The translations under genes and the position numbers were made by a program. Of a stretch of DNA of 64,000 nt, positions 1 through 14,134 are shown one piece after another. Below the pieces are notes generated by a model that was not told where the DNA came from, did no database searches, and worked only from the letters and a program-made list of their open reading frames with translations. Every line of letters begins with the position of its first letter. Within the stretch, counting starts at the first letter, position 1. This DNA comes from Burkholderiales bacterium. Its GTDB lineage: Bacteria; Pseudomonadota; Gammaproteobacteria; Burkholderiales; Burkholderiaceae_B. The stretch is from NCBI GenBank assembly GCA_021299735.1, contig JAJTEM010000016.1, forward strand, positions 63,479 to 127,478. Direction: 5' to 3'.

Positions 1-419
1 GTGAAATCCTCATCGGTCAAATCATCAACGGTAATTCTTTTACCCAACAAATCCGCCAAGGCATCTTCATTCAATTTCCATGTATCGGTTTCACGAGCTT
101 CGCCCAACTTAACTGCCAATTTACGCTTTCGTTGTAACTGACGCTGAAAAGCAACCCTGAACTGCCCCTCCTTAGACTTGGACAAATCAATTTGCTGCCT
201 GGAAACTGGCAAGGTTACACGTTGCGTAAACACAGGCGTGTCGTAGAAAAAAATACGAAACAGATGTCTTTTCGGTTGATTGCGCTCGAATAAATGAGCG
301 GCGGACAATCTCCACACCAAGTCTGCCATGACTTTTGCATCATGGTGAACTGAGCTCGGGAAAATTTGACGAATTCTGCGAATGAAAAATGGACCATCCA
401 CAAGGATAGCAGTGAGCAT
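1..419 (-). CDS. NYN/PIN-like (LabA-type) domain protein, N-terminal part only; gene runs off the left edge
   Basis: The frame is open from ATG 419 to position 1. It is absent from the ORF track because there is no stop in the window. My hand translation is MLTAILVDGPFFIRRIRQIF...HLFRIFFYDTP...KLAVKLGE. That has the xxxDGxF ... YD ... K-LG layout of NYN-type domains. It is divergent from the next gene across an AT-rich spacer (420-614). Confidence 0.4.
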   Translation of the reverse strand, partial: MLTAILVDGPFFIRRIRQIFPSSVHHDAKVMADLVWRLSAAHLFERNQPKRHLFRIFFYDTPVFTQRVTLPVSRQQIDLSKSKEGQFRVAFQRQLQRKRKLAVKLGEARETDTWKLNEDALADLLGKRITVDDLTDEDF

Positions 420-614
420 ATAAGCCTTTGATAAATATATAAATAATTAAACAGACAAAATTATTTCATCATCGGGAGGTAGTTACCCAGTCATATACTA
501 ACACCGAATATCTGTCAAAAATAGCGATGGCAGCACCCATTAAGAGGGAGAAACTTGCACCCCAAAATAGGTAATACACATACAATCGTTAAGCATTGTA
601 CTTACAACCACTAA

Positions 615-1040
615 TTGCCCTTTAAGTTGAATGGTGCGGAGGATGAATTGAGCAAAAATCTGGACAGTAGCTTGAACGACACCGCCAGAAAACAAGACAA
701 ATACTGGCTTTACATTCTGTCGAACAACAAACCAAATGGCCCCCTTTATCTAGGGGATACCACCTGTCTTGCCACCCGCATGGAAGAACACCTTCAGGGA
801 CTTCGCCGTGATTACGCCCACTACCATCGACTTGATCGACTCGTTTACTTCGAAGTCTGGACGGATCATGACAAATTTATAGCCCGACTTCGCAGAGTAC
901 GTAACTGGCCCCGAGACATGCGTTTGCTGCTGATTGAATCTTTAAACCCTGACTGGGACAACCTGCTACCTCAATTTTCTAACGAGTATTCAATTAAACG
1001 AATGGAAGAACCGCTTAAGGACCAAGAAAAGGCAGCGTAA
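615..1040 (+). CDS. GIY-YIG (URI, COG2827-like) nuclease superfamily protein
   Basis: KYWLYILS..GPLYLGDTTCLATRMEEH...RDMRLLLIESLNPDW gives the GIY / YIG / Arg / Glu / Asn motif order. There is no in-frame ATG upstream of the domain. The ORF opens at TTG 615, but TTG 648 preceded by GGAGG (638-642) is the more likely start. Confidence 0.7.
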   Translation: MPFKLNGAEDELSKNLDSSLNDTARKQDKYWLYILSNNKPNGPLYLGDTTCLATRMEEHLQGLRRDYAHYHRLDRLVYFEVWTDHDKFIARLRRVRNWPRDMRLLLIESLNPDWDNLLPQFSNEYSIKRMEEPLKDQEKAA

Positions 1041-1248
1041 ATAAGTTTTTAAAAATTGGTATTCCAGATTTAGCTGACCAACGTTAAAAAACAATGAACC
1101 TTTATTGTGGAACACACACCAAACAGAAAGACTTTAAATTGTTGATTGTTTCGTGAAAGCAATAGGGCTCGGTCAAGGTCTCGATGTGAATCTGAAAACC
1201 AGCGAGGCCAGTATTAGTTACGTTGCAACATGTTTTCAGGAGTTCACC

Positions 1249-1818
1249 ATGAGTTCAATTGCAGAGCGTTTGACCCGGTCTTATTGCCTGTTTCACTGGT
1301 TACAGGTCAAGCCGATTCCGGATCAAATTCGCGCGAGTGTCGCATACAACACACTTGAACAAGAACTTTTGGCACTTAAAGTAAAACCTGAAGACCTGGC
1401 CGCAGTGGGTTCTGATGTAACAGATAATTTTGAGGAATCCCGCTTGGCCTTCATGGTTCGCTACAGTGGTCTAACTTGGTCAACCTGCTCAATTTTTTGT
1501 GACGCCATAGAAAATAACAACTGGCTTCAGAACGGTACTCCGCTGCTGGTTCAGTTCACCGGCACTGATGCCAGCGGTCATCCGGGGTTGCCTAAATTGG
1601 CGCTTGGCGATTTCATGTTCCTGAAACCTAGCAATGTCTGGATTGATAACAATCGTGTAATTTCATTCACAGTTCGCTGGAACAAGCATGAAACACGCCG
1701 TATGGAGCGTTTCATTCGCTTGGCATCTGCAAGACACGGCCTTGAGGCCACTGTCAGCAACATAGCTCAAAGCGAAAAATTCATCGCTGCAATCAAAGCA
1801 ACAGTTGGCGCCCAATAA
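1249..1818 (+). CDS. hypothetical protein (189 aa), no recognisable domain
   Basis: This is the internal ATG 1249 of ORF 1153..1818, preceded by AGGAG. The protein has no signal peptide and no motif I recognise. A terminator follows it. Confidence 0.6.
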   Translation: MSSIAERLTRSYCLFHWLQVKPIPDQIRASVAYNTLEQELLALKVKPEDLAAVGSDVTDNFEESRLAFMVRYSGLTWSTCSIFCDAIENNNWLQNGTPLLVQFTGTDASGHPGLPKLALGDFMFLKPSNVWIDNNRVISFTVRWNKHETRRMERFIRLASARHGLEATVSNIAQSEKFIAAIKATVGAQ

Positions 1819-1845
1819 TTTAGGGTCAAAATACTTGCAGGCAGT

Positions 1846-1871
1846 AAAAAGGCACCCTAGGGTGCCTTTTT
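1846..1871. terminator. bidirectional rho-independent terminator shared by the hypothetical gene and serS
   Basis: The sequence is aaaaaGGCACCctaGGGTGCCttttt, a GC stem flanked by an A-run and a T-run. It lies between two convergent stop codons (1818 and 1891). Confidence 0.8.
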
Positions 1872-1890
1872 AATTACTACATGATACTTC

Positions 1891-3189
<1,299 letters not shown>

Positions 3190-3264
3190 TCAAAATGCGG
3201 TTGGTGTGAATAGCGATGATGGTACTAAAACTTCCAGCCCAGTGAGGTCTGATTAAGGCGCTTC

Positions 3265-4483
3265 TTACTTTTTTTGGCGTGCCTCAGAGTTGCGCCGGGC
3301 CAGCCAGTCCAGCTTTTCTGCAATCTTACCTTCCAGTCCCCGGTCTGTGGGCTGGTAAAAATGAGGGGCTGGCATGCCTTCTGGCCAATAAGTTTCACCT
3401 GCGGCATGCCCTGCATCTTCGTCGTGAGCATAGCGGTAGCCGCTGCCATGCCCCAATTCTTTCATCAGCTTGGTGGGAGCATTGCGCAAGTGCATGGGCA
3501 CAGGCATGGAGCTGCTTTGCTTCACATGCGCCATTGCCTGCTTGTAGGCGTTATAACCTGCATTGCTTTTCGCAGCAATCGCAAGGTAAAGCACACACTG
3601 GGCCAAAGCCAGCTCGCCCTCGGGACTACCCAGCCGTTCATAGGTTTGCGCAGCTTCATTGGCAATGGTAAAAGCGCGGGGGTCGGCCAAGCCGATGTCT
3701 TCCCAGGCCATGCGCACAATTCGTCGGGCCATGTAACGGGGGTCTGCACCACCGTCCAGCATGCGGCAAAACCAGTACAGTCAAGCCCTGCGCCTTGGTT
3801 TGAAGCAGTGTAATTTCCACCAAATTCAAGAAACGGCGTGCATCACCATCTGCATATGCGCACAGTGCATCAAAAGCATCACTTTCAACAGTAATTTCAG
3901 TGTTCAATTCAGCCTGCGCACGCTTCAGCAGGCGCGCAAAATCATCTGAATTCAGGCTATTCAGCACGTAAACCTGCGAGCGCGACAACAGGGCTGAATT
4001 CACCTCAAATGATGGATTTTCAGTGGTGGCGCCTATGAATGTGACCAGGCCCGATTCAACAAACGGCAAAAGCGCATCTTGCTGCGATTTGTTGAATCGG
4101 TGAATTTCATCGATGAACAAAATGGTGGATTTCCCTGTTCGGGCGTATTCACTGGCCTGCTCGATGGCTGCGCGAATTTCCTTGACCCCTGAAAGCACCG
4201 CTGACAAAGCAATAAACTGCGCCTTGGCCGCGCCTGCCAACAAGCGTGCAAGCGTAGTTTTTCCAACACCGGGAGGACCCCACAAAATAAGCGAGTGAAC
4301 ATGTTGCTGCTCAAACAGCAATGTCAGCGGCTTGCCTGGTCCCAGCAAGTGGATTTGCCCCACCACTTCCGACAAATTGGTTGGGCGAATACGCTCGGCA
4401 AGCGGCACGGAACCTGTAACACCGGCTTGATTGATGGGTGATGAAGGTTTTTCTGTGCTTTCGCCAAACAGGTCTTGGGTCAT
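3265..4483 (-). pseudogene. rarA: replication-associated recombination protein RarA/MgsA, disrupted by an internal out-of-frame deletion
   Basis: ORF 3656..4483 carries the AAA+ half ([26 protein letters not shown]). ORF 3265..3762 carries the MgsA C-terminal half (LYWFCRMLDGGADPRYMARRIV...HLRNAPTKLMK) in a different frame. The two homology tracts meet near 3781. About 40 residues expected between them (the YDKxGDxHYDxISAxHKSxRGS region) are missing. Confidence 0.8.
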
Positions 4484-5115
4484 TGCGTTTTAATTAAGTC
4501 AACGCCTGCGGGTGGCTTGAAGTCAAAAAAACTGGCCGGGCGCGGTTTGGAAAAATCCCAATTGCTAAGCTCCAACTGGGTCACCTGCCCCAAGGCATCG
4601 TGAATTTCAAGGCTCACGGGCAAGCCGTCTTTCCAGCCTATGCGGGCAAAATCGAACAGGTTGTCTTTGTCCTTGGGTTTAATAACAAGCCATTCTTTGC
4701 CGTCCTTCACGCCTTCGTCTTTCAAATTGAATAGCTTGTTGACATCTTTGTTGCCAAACAGCAGGGCCACCGGGGTGGAATCCATGGCGTTGCCAATCGG
4801 CTTTTGGGTGGCTTGACCCATGTCTTCATCAAAAGAAACCACGTTGATGCCATTGGACAGCAACAACAAAGGATAAGGCTTCTTGATTTCCCAGCGGAAT
4901 TTACCCGGGCGTGAAAAAGTGAATTCGCCCGTGCCACGTTGTTTGACTGCGCCACTAGGGGAGACGACCACCTGTGAAAACTGGCCTTCCGCAAAACTGC
5001 GGTTTTTCACAAAGTTGTTCAACGCATCCTGGGCCGAAGCCCAGGCCGAGCTTATCGTGCCCGCGCCAAGAAACAAGATCAGCAACGATCTGAACAAAAT
5101 CTGTTGAATTCGCAT
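4480..5115 (-). CDS. lolA: outer-membrane lipoprotein carrier protein LolA
   Basis: The start is the internal ATG at 5115 (MRIQQILFRSLLILFLGAGTISSAWA signal peptide) within ORF 4480..5322. LolA-like sequence follows. The gene sits in the ftsK-lolA-rarA order, and its stop overlaps the rarA start by 4 bp. Confidence 0.9.
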   Translation of the reverse strand: MRIQQILFRSLLILFLGAGTISSAWASAQDALNNFVKNRSFAEGQFSQVVVSPSGAVKQRGTGEFTFSRPGKFRWEIKKPYPLLLLSNGINVVSFDEDMGQATQKPIGNAMDSTPVALLFGNKDVNKLFNLKDEGVKDGKEWLVIKPKDKDNLFDFARIGWKDGLPVSLEIHDALGQVTQLELSNWDFSKPRPASFFDFKPPAGVDLIKTQ

Positions 5116-5191
5116 GTTCAAGTACTTCCAGTGAGTTGCCCTAGCCCAAATAACGCATGCAGCTGCTTTCGGTAAACAGGCTTTACTTAAC

Positions 5192-7531
5192 TTAAAACGG
5201 CTCATCATCCTGGCCAGCCTCAGCGCGGGCCAGAATTTCACGGTTACCATTGGATTGCATGGCCGAAACCAAGCCCGCCTGCTCCATGCTTTCAAGCAAG
5301 CGTGCTGCCCTGTTGTAACCAATACGCAAATGGCGCTGCACGAAAGAAATGGAGGCGCGCCTGTGCTTGAGAACTATGGCCACCGCTTGATCGTACAGGG
5401 CATCCTTCTCGCCATCGAAACTGCCTGCAGTGGCGTCCATGCTGGCGTTGCCGCCTTCCTCAGCCGTTCCACCCTCCAGAATACCTTCAATGTAGTTGGG
5501 TTCACCGCCCTTTTCTTTCAGGTATTCAACCACGCGGTGTACCTCGTCGTCAGATACAAAAGCGCCATGCACACGCTGTGGCACGCCGGAACCGGGCGGC
5601 AGATACAACATGTCACCCTGACCCAAAAGTGCTTCAGCACCCATTTGGTCAAGAATGGTGCGGGAATCGATTTTCGATGAAACCTGAAATGCAATTCGGG
5701 TGGGAATGTTGGCTTTGATCAAACCAGTGATTACATCCACAGAAGGCCTTTGGGTAGCCAAAATCAGATGAATGCCTGCTGCGCGCGCCTTCTGGGCCAA
5801 ACGCGCAATCAGTTCTTCAATTTTCTTGCCTACCACCATCATCAGGTCGGCCAATTCATCGATCACGATGACCAACATTGGCAGGGTTTCTAGCGGTTCG
5901 GGTGCGTCGGGAGTCAGACTAAAAGGGTTTGGAATACTTTGGCCGGCTTTCCTGGCTTCTGAAATTTTTGCGTTGTAACCCGCCAGGTTACGCACACCCA
6001 TTTTGCTCATCAGCCTGTAACGCTTTTCCATTTCGCCCACGGCCCAGTTCAGGGCATTGGCCGCTTGGCGCATATCGGTGACCACCGGGCAGAGCAGGTG
6101 CGGAATACCTTCGTACACGCTCATTTCAAGCATTTTCGGATCGATCAGAATTAATCGAACATCTTCGGCACCGCTTTTGTACAGCAGCGACAAAATCATG
6201 GCGTTAATACCCACCGATTTACCCGAACCCGTGGTACCCGCCACCAAGAGGTGGGGCATTTTGGCCAAATCGGCCACCACGGGCTTGCCGGCGATGTCTT
6301 TGCCCAAGGCCATGGTCACTGGTGATTTGTTGGTACTGTAAACCTGCGAACCCAGAATTTCCGTGAGTTTGACAACCTGCCTGCGTGGGTTGGGCAATTC
6401 CAGGCCCATCAGGTTCTTGCCGTAAATGGTTTCAACCACGCGAATGGACACCAAACTCAGGGCGCGGGCCAAATCTTTCGCAAGGTTCACCACCTGGGAG
6501 CCTTTAACACCTGCTGCGGGTTCCACTTCAAAACGAGTAATTACAGGCCCTGGTTGTGCAGCCATTACCTGCACTTGCACGCCAAAGTCGCTGAGCTTTT
6601 TCTCAATCAGCCTTGAGGTGTATTCAAGCGTGTCGGCCGACACGGTTTCAATCGCGGCTGGAGCATCGTCCAACAGCCCCAGGGGTGGAAGCTCGGTTTC
6701 GGTCAATTCAGCAAACAAGGGTTGCTGCTTTTCCTTAATGGCTTGCACCGAAGGCTCGGCAGGCACTGCCACCGGTTCAATTCGAATTGGCTTGTGCTCT
6801 TCAAACTTCTCGCGTTTTTGTTCCACTTTTTCAACACGCGCCAAGGCTACCTTTTTGCCTTCCTTGCGGTCGAAATAAGCGGTAATCAGTTCTTTGGTTT
6901 TGAATACCAAACCTTCCAGAAAAGCACCCAGCCTTTCAGCCATTACTGCCCAGCTCAAACCAAGCAGTCCACTAAGGCCTGATGCGATGCACAGCAGCAA
7001 CAACATAACTGCGCCAGAAAGCCCCAGCAATTGTTGAAAAACTGCTGAAATGGTCTGCCCAACCACTCCACCTGCTCCGGCGGGCAAATCTACGCCCTTA
7101 AAAATGGACAAAGATTCAAGCCCCATAAGGCCAAGCCACAGCACCATAAAGCCAATCGGCCTTACCCACGGAATCCACTTAGGCAGGGGTTCGTCAAAGC
7201 CGGGCAGTTCAATGGCGTCTACCATTTTACGGGCACGCCACAACATGAAAAACGACAAACCCAGCAGGGCGTAGGCTGAGTAACCCGCGATAAAAAACAG
7301 CAGGTCTGACAAATGTGCCCCCACGGCACCGCCAAAGTTGCTAACCCTGCTACTGCCCGATTCATGGGAAAAACTGTCGTCGGTGCTGCTGTGCGACACA
7401 AGAATCAGAAACAGGTAGATGGAAAAAACAAGCAGGCACAGCCAACGAATTTCCAGCAACAACTTGCTGATTCGAAGGGTGCCTGTATTTTGTGTGGTCC
7501 TGGAATTCACTGTAATAAGAGTAGTCCGCAA
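5192..7531 (-). CDS. ftsK: DNA translocase FtsK
   Basis: The 779-aa product has N-terminal TM segments, the motor domain Walker A GTTGSGKS, and a C-terminal gamma (winged-helix) domain ([35 protein letters not shown]). Confidence 0.97.
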   Translation of the reverse strand: MRTTLITVNSRTTQNTGTLRISKLLLEIRWLCLLVFSIYLFLILVSHSSTDDSFSHESGSSRVSNFGGAVGAHLSDLLFFIAGYSAYALLGLSFFMLWRARKMVDAIELPGFDEPLPKWIPWVRPIGFMVLWLGLMGLESLSIFKGVDLPAGAGGVVGQTISAVFQQLLGLSGAVMLLLLCIASGLSGLLGLSWAVMAERLGAFLEGLVFKTKELITAYFDRKEGKKVALARVEKVEQKREKFEEHKPIRIEPVAVPAEPSVQAIKEKQQPLFAELTETELPPLGLLDDAPAAIETVSADTLEYTSRLIEKKLSDFGVQVQVMAAQPGPVITRFEVEPAAGVKGSQVVNLAKDLARALSLVSIRVVETIYGKNLMGLELPNPRRQVVKLTEILGSQVYSTNKSPVTMALGKDIAGKPVVADLAKMPHLLVAGTTGSGKSVGINAMILSLLYKSGAEDVRLILIDPKMLEMSVYEGIPHLLCPVVTDMRQAANALNWAVGEMEKRYRLMSKMGVRNLAGYNAKISEARKAGQSIPNPFSLTPDAPEPLETLPMLVIVIDELADLMMVVGKKIEELIARLAQKARAAGIHLILATQRPSVDVITGLIKANIPTRIAFQVSSKIDSRTILDQMGAEALLGQGDMLYLPPGSGVPQRVHGAFVSDDEVHRVVEYLKEKGGEPNYIEGILEGGTAEEGGNASMDATAGSFDGEKDALYDQAVAIVLKHRRASISFVQRHLRIGYNRAARLLESMEQAGLVSAMQSNGNREILARAEAGQDDEPF

Positions 7532-7600
7532 TGCAGCTTATAATTGAAGTCTGTATTCTGACAAAGTTCGAGACAAATATCTTGAACAGACACCATTTGA

Positions 7601-8584
<984 letters not shown>

Positions 8585-8631
8585 GCCCTTCTTTTGATGG
8601 CGGTAGCAGGGCAGTGAAAAAGCTTACATCC

Positions 8632-9276
8632 ATGGCTGATCTGGAAGGTGTAAGGCGCTCGCTTGAAGCACAGCGCCTTGAGGCCGAGCGACTTGAAGAA
8701 ATCAAGGCAGAAAAAGCAAGGATTAAGGCTGAAGAAGAAAAAAAGCGTCAAGAAGAAGCGAACCTGTTCAAGCGACAGGTTCGCGACGTTACCCCCCTGC
8801 CCCAGGCAAACATCAAAATTCACCAAGCAAAAAAACCACCCCCAATTGCCCGACAGCGCGAGCTTGATGATGAAGCCGTATTGTTGGAAAGCATTTCCGA
8901 TGAAATGGATATTGAGCGGTTTCTGGAAACCGACGACAAACTGTCCTATCGCCGGAATGGCGTGGGTGTTGAAGCACTGAAAAAATTACGCAAGGGGAAA
9001 TGGGTTATTCAGGCACAAATTGATCTGCACGGCCTTCGTTCAGATGAAGCACGAACTGCTGTGGGTGAATTTTTGCGATCCAGCGTTAAACATGACATTC
9101 GTTGTGTCAGAATCATTCACGGCAAAGGCTTGGGTTCTGTTGGCAAAGAACCCGTTCTGAAAGAGAAAGTAAAACGCTGGCTGGTGCAAAAAGACGAGGT
9201 ACTCGCCTTTTGCCAGGCGCCACCAAGAGACGGTGGTGCTGGTGCCCTGCTGGTAATACTGAAAGCCCGACAATAA
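8632..9276 (+). CDS. Smr/MutS2-C domain protein
   Basis: The start is the internal ATG 8632 (MADLEG...) of ORF 8533..9276. The upstream part of that ORF overlaps trxB. The C-terminus is an Smr domain (IDLHGLRSDEA...IIHGKGLGS) and the N-terminal region is Lys/Glu-rich. Confidence 0.8.
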   Translation: MADLEGVRRSLEAQRLEAERLEEIKAEKARIKAEEEKKRQEEANLFKRQVRDVTPLPQANIKIHQAKKPPPIARQRELDDEAVLLESISDEMDIERFLETDDKLSYRRNGVGVEALKKLRKGKWVIQAQIDLHGLRSDEARTAVGEFLRSSVKHDIRCVRIIHGKGLGSVGKEPVLKEKVKRWLVQKDEVLAFCQAPPRDGGAGALLVILKARQ

Positions 9277-9300
9277 TAAAGCTCAACGGAGACAGCACAC

Positions 9301-10221
9301 ATGAAAAAGGCCAGCACCCCCATTGAATGGCAACAAGGCTTTGCCAAATCGAGCACCACCGGGCTGAACATGGCCTGGGAAACAGCGGGCCCGGCAGACG
9401 GCGAAACCATTTTCATGGTGGCGGGCCTGGGTTGCCAGTTGACCATGTGGAATGATGATTTCTGTAAACCTTTGCTGGAACGTGGCTACCGATTGGTACG
9501 CTTCGACAATCGCGACATTGGCTTAACTGACCAACACCCCACCAGCATGAAAGTGAATGTGCCGGCCACATTCATTCGCAACAAACTCGGTTTAAAAACC
9601 CCAACGAATTACAAACTGGACACCATGGCGAATGATGCCATTGGCTTGATTGAAGCACTGGAATTGAATCGCCCTCACCTTTTGGGCATTTCAATGGGCG
9701 GCATGATTTCGCAAATTGTTGCAGCCAAAGCGCCGGAAAAAATTGGAAAACTGGTCACGTTGATGTCGAGCACCAACAACCCGAAACTGCCCATGCCATC
9801 ACCGAATGTGTTGCACAACATGTTCCTGAAAAAACCGAAAAGCCAAAAAATTGACGATGTGGTTGAGCATGTGGAGCGAGTGTTCACTGCGATTGGAAGC
9901 CCAGGCTACCCGCCCGACCCAGTTAAACTACGAGAGCGTGCCCGTAATTCATACAACCGCGCTTACAAACCAGCAGGTGTGCTGCGCCAAACCCACTGTG
10001 TTGTAGCCACGGGTTCAATTGAAGATTACACGCGTGAAATTAAGGTGCCCACCTGTGTGATACATGGGCTAGACGACCCTTTGTTGAAAAAGGCTTGTTC
10101 CGAACGAATTGCGAAACTGGTGCCGAATTCAAGACTGCATTTGATCAAGGGGCTAGGCCATGATCTGCCTGAACCCCTGGCACCCACTTTTGCGGAAATT
10201 ATTCACAGCCATTTGAGTTAA
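9301..10221 (+). CDS. alpha/beta-fold hydrolase
   Basis: The 306-aa product has the nucleophile elbow GISMGG and a C-terminal GLGHDLP His motif. Confidence 0.8.
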   Translation: MKKASTPIEWQQGFAKSSTTGLNMAWETAGPADGETIFMVAGLGCQLTMWNDDFCKPLLERGYRLVRFDNRDIGLTDQHPTSMKVNVPATFIRNKLGLKTPTNYKLDTMANDAIGLIEALELNRPHLLGISMGGMISQIVAAKAPEKIGKLVTLMSSTNNPKLPMPSPNVLHNMFLKKPKSQKIDDVVEHVERVFTAIGSPGYPPDPVKLRERARNSYNRAYKPAGVLRQTHCVVATGSIEDYTREIKVPTCVIHGLDDPLLKKACSERIAKLVPNSRLHLIKGLGHDLPEPLAPTFAEIIHSHLS

Positions 10222-10252
10222 AAAAAATCAAAATTTGCGTAACACCAATGCT

Positions 10253-10285
10253 AAAAAAAGCCCGGCTGAACAAGCTGGGCTTTTT
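10253..10285. terminator. bidirectional rho-independent terminator
   Basis: The sequence is aaaaaaaGCCCGGCTgaacaAGCTGGGCttttt. It lies between the convergent hydrolase and glnB stops. Confidence 0.75.
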
Positions 10286-10288
10286 AAT

Positions 10289-12279
<1,991 letters not shown>

Positions 12280-12308
12280 TGGATACCTGCATAGTAGTTG
12301 ACGCCTTT

Positions 12309-13526
12309 ATGAATTATCGCATGCAGATTTGCCAATCAATTGGCGAGATCGCACAAGCTGACTGGAATTCGCTTCTAAGAAAATGCAATGGCGGTGTGCT
12401 TCACCCTGCCCTTCGTCATGAATACCTGCTGGCCTTAGAGGCCAGCGGCAGTGCCACAGCTGAAACTGGCTGGGGACCCCTTCATTTGGCCATTCGCAGC
12501 GATGCGGGTGCGCTATTGGCTGCCATGCCTTTGTATTTGAAATCCCATTCTTATGGCGAGTATGTGTTCGACTGGGCATGGGCTCAGGCTTATGAACGGA
12601 GTGGTCAGCGCTATTACCCCAAGTTGTTGTGTGCCATTCCATTTACTCCGGTACTTGCGCCCAAGATTTTGCATTCAACGCCGGAAGCTGGTGAGGCACT
12701 AGCACAGGGCCTGGCGCAGCTAACTTGGCAAGCCGCAGAAAACACCGAATTGCTGGGCACTCGAATTTCAACCCTGCATGCCTTGTTTTTAACTGAGCAA
12801 GACCAACAACTGTTGTTGGGCGAAGCCACCAGTTTGAACAACGGCAGCCGGCATGTGGTGCAGTTTCACTGGCACAACCAAAGCCCCGCAAGTGGCAAAA
12901 AGTTTCATAATTTCGATGAATTTCTGGACAACCTGAATCAGAAGAAGCGCAAAAACATTCGCGCAGAGCGCCGAAAGGCACATATGAAAGGTTTGGAGAT
13001 TCGACGTATTAACGGTTCGGAAGTAAGCGAAACTGAGCTGGAATTTTTCTATCAGTGCTATTCCCGCACATACATGGAGCATTTTTCCAGCCCGTATTTG
13101 AACCTTGAGTTCTTCAAACAAATTTGCACTACCATGGGTGAACAGGTGTTGCTGATACAAGCCAGCCTGCATGGCCAAGCCGTGGCCAGTTCATTTTTCC
13201 TGACCAGCGAAGAACGTTTGTATGGCCGCTATTGGGGTTGCATTGAAAACCTGCCATGCCTGCATTTCGAACTTTGCTATTACCAGGCGATTGAATTTGC
13301 AATCGAGCGAGGAATTGAATGGTTTGAAGGCGGTGCGCAAGGTGAGCATAAAATGGCACGGGGCTTGAACCCGCAAACCATGGTGAGTGCGCATTATGTG
13401 CACGACAACGGTTTTAAGCTACCCATTGAAAACTTTCTGCGCCGGGAAAAAGCGCACCTTCAAGCCTATGCAGTGGAGTTAAATGAACACACTGCTTTTC
13501 GGGAAAGCAAGAATAGCCAGTTATAA
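12309..13526 (+). CDS. GNAT/FemAB-like N-acetyltransferase family protein (COG3146, DUF482 type)
   Basis: The start is the internal ATG 12309 of ORF 12171..13526. The upstream part of that ORF overlaps the nadE 5' end. Family-typical text includes YGEYVFDWAWA, YYQAIEFAI and EGGAQGEHK. Confidence 0.75.
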   Translation: MNYRMQICQSIGEIAQADWNSLLRKCNGGVLHPALRHEYLLALEASGSATAETGWGPLHLAIRSDAGALLAAMPLYLKSHSYGEYVFDWAWAQAYERSGQRYYPKLLCAIPFTPVLAPKILHSTPEAGEALAQGLAQLTWQAAENTELLGTRISTLHALFLTEQDQQLLLGEATSLNNGSRHVVQFHWHNQSPASGKKFHNFDEFLDNLNQKKRKNIRAERRKAHMKGLEIRRINGSEVSETELEFFYQCYSRTYMEHFSSPYLNLEFFKQICTTMGEQVLLIQASLHGQAVASSFFLTSEERLYGRYWGCIENLPCLHFELCYYQAIEFAIERGIEWFEGGAQGEHKMARGLNPQTMVSAHYVHDNGFKLPIENFLRREKAHLQAYAVELNEHTAFRESKNSQL

Positions 13527-13555
13527 AAAAAGCCAACCCGAAGGTTGGCTTTTTG
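13525..13555. terminator. bidirectional rho-independent terminator
   Basis: The sequence is aaaaaaAGCCAACCcgaaGGTTGGCTtttt. It lies between the convergent GNAT and ppa stops. Confidence 0.8.
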
Positions 13556-13556
13556 T

Positions 13557-14084
13557 TTAGCCTTTGTAGTTGGCCACACCATCGCGGATTTCTTTTTCCA
13601 CGTCGGCCATATCGCCCCAGCCTTCAACTTTTACCCACTTGCCTTTTTCAAGGTCTTTGTAGTGTTCAAAGAAGTGCTGAATGCGCGCCAAAAATTCCTG
13701 TGGAACATCGGAAATGCTTTGGTAGTGCTTGTACTGTGGCAACAGTTTTTCAACGGGTACGCCGAGCAACTTTGCATCACCGCCGGATTCATCGGTCATT
13801 TTCAACATGCCGATTGGACGCACACGCACCACACAACCAGGTTGCAGTGGGTAAGGTGTCATTACCAAAACATCCACGGGGTCGCCATCGGCGGCCAAGG
13901 TTTGTGGAATATAGCCGTAGTTGCAAGGGTACTGCATGGACGTGCCCACAAAACGGTCCACAAACAAGGCGCCGCTTTCCTTGTCGATTTCATATTTGAC
14001 AGGATCAGAGTTCGCTGCGATCTCAATAATCACGTTCACGTCGTTGGGAATGTCTTTACCAGGGGAAATGCTTTCGTAGCCCAT
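13557..14084 (-). CDS. ppa: inorganic diphosphatase (family I)
   Basis: The 175-aa product contains DGDPVDVLV and the other family I PPase acidic motifs. Confidence 0.97.
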   Translation of the reverse strand: MGYESISPGKDIPNDVNVIIEIAANSDPVKYEIDKESGALFVDRFVGTSMQYPCNYGYIPQTLAADGDPVDVLVMTPYPLQPGCVVRVRPIGMLKMTDESGGDAKLLGVPVEKLLPQYKHYQSISDVPQEFLARIQHFFEHYKDLEKGKWVKVEGWGDMADVEKEIRDGVANYKG

Positions 14085-14134
14085 GCTAATTGGTCCTTAA
14101 AATAAAATTTGGTCGTATTGTATCGAATATTGCT

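Noticed and set aside
8690-8770. A purine-rich, repetitive-looking DNA tract (gaagaaatcaaggcagaaaaagcaagg...).
   Set aside because: It is simply the coding sequence of the Lys/Glu-rich coiled-coil segment of the Smr protein, not a tandem repeat or a regulatory element.
13545-14105. A 186-aa ORF on the plus strand that spans the whole ppa gene in antisense.
   Set aside because: Its product is low-complexity and His/Phe/Val-rich, with no SD. It covers a very well supported ppa gene exactly. Long antisense frames like this are a known by-product of codon bias in GC-moderate or GC-rich genomes.
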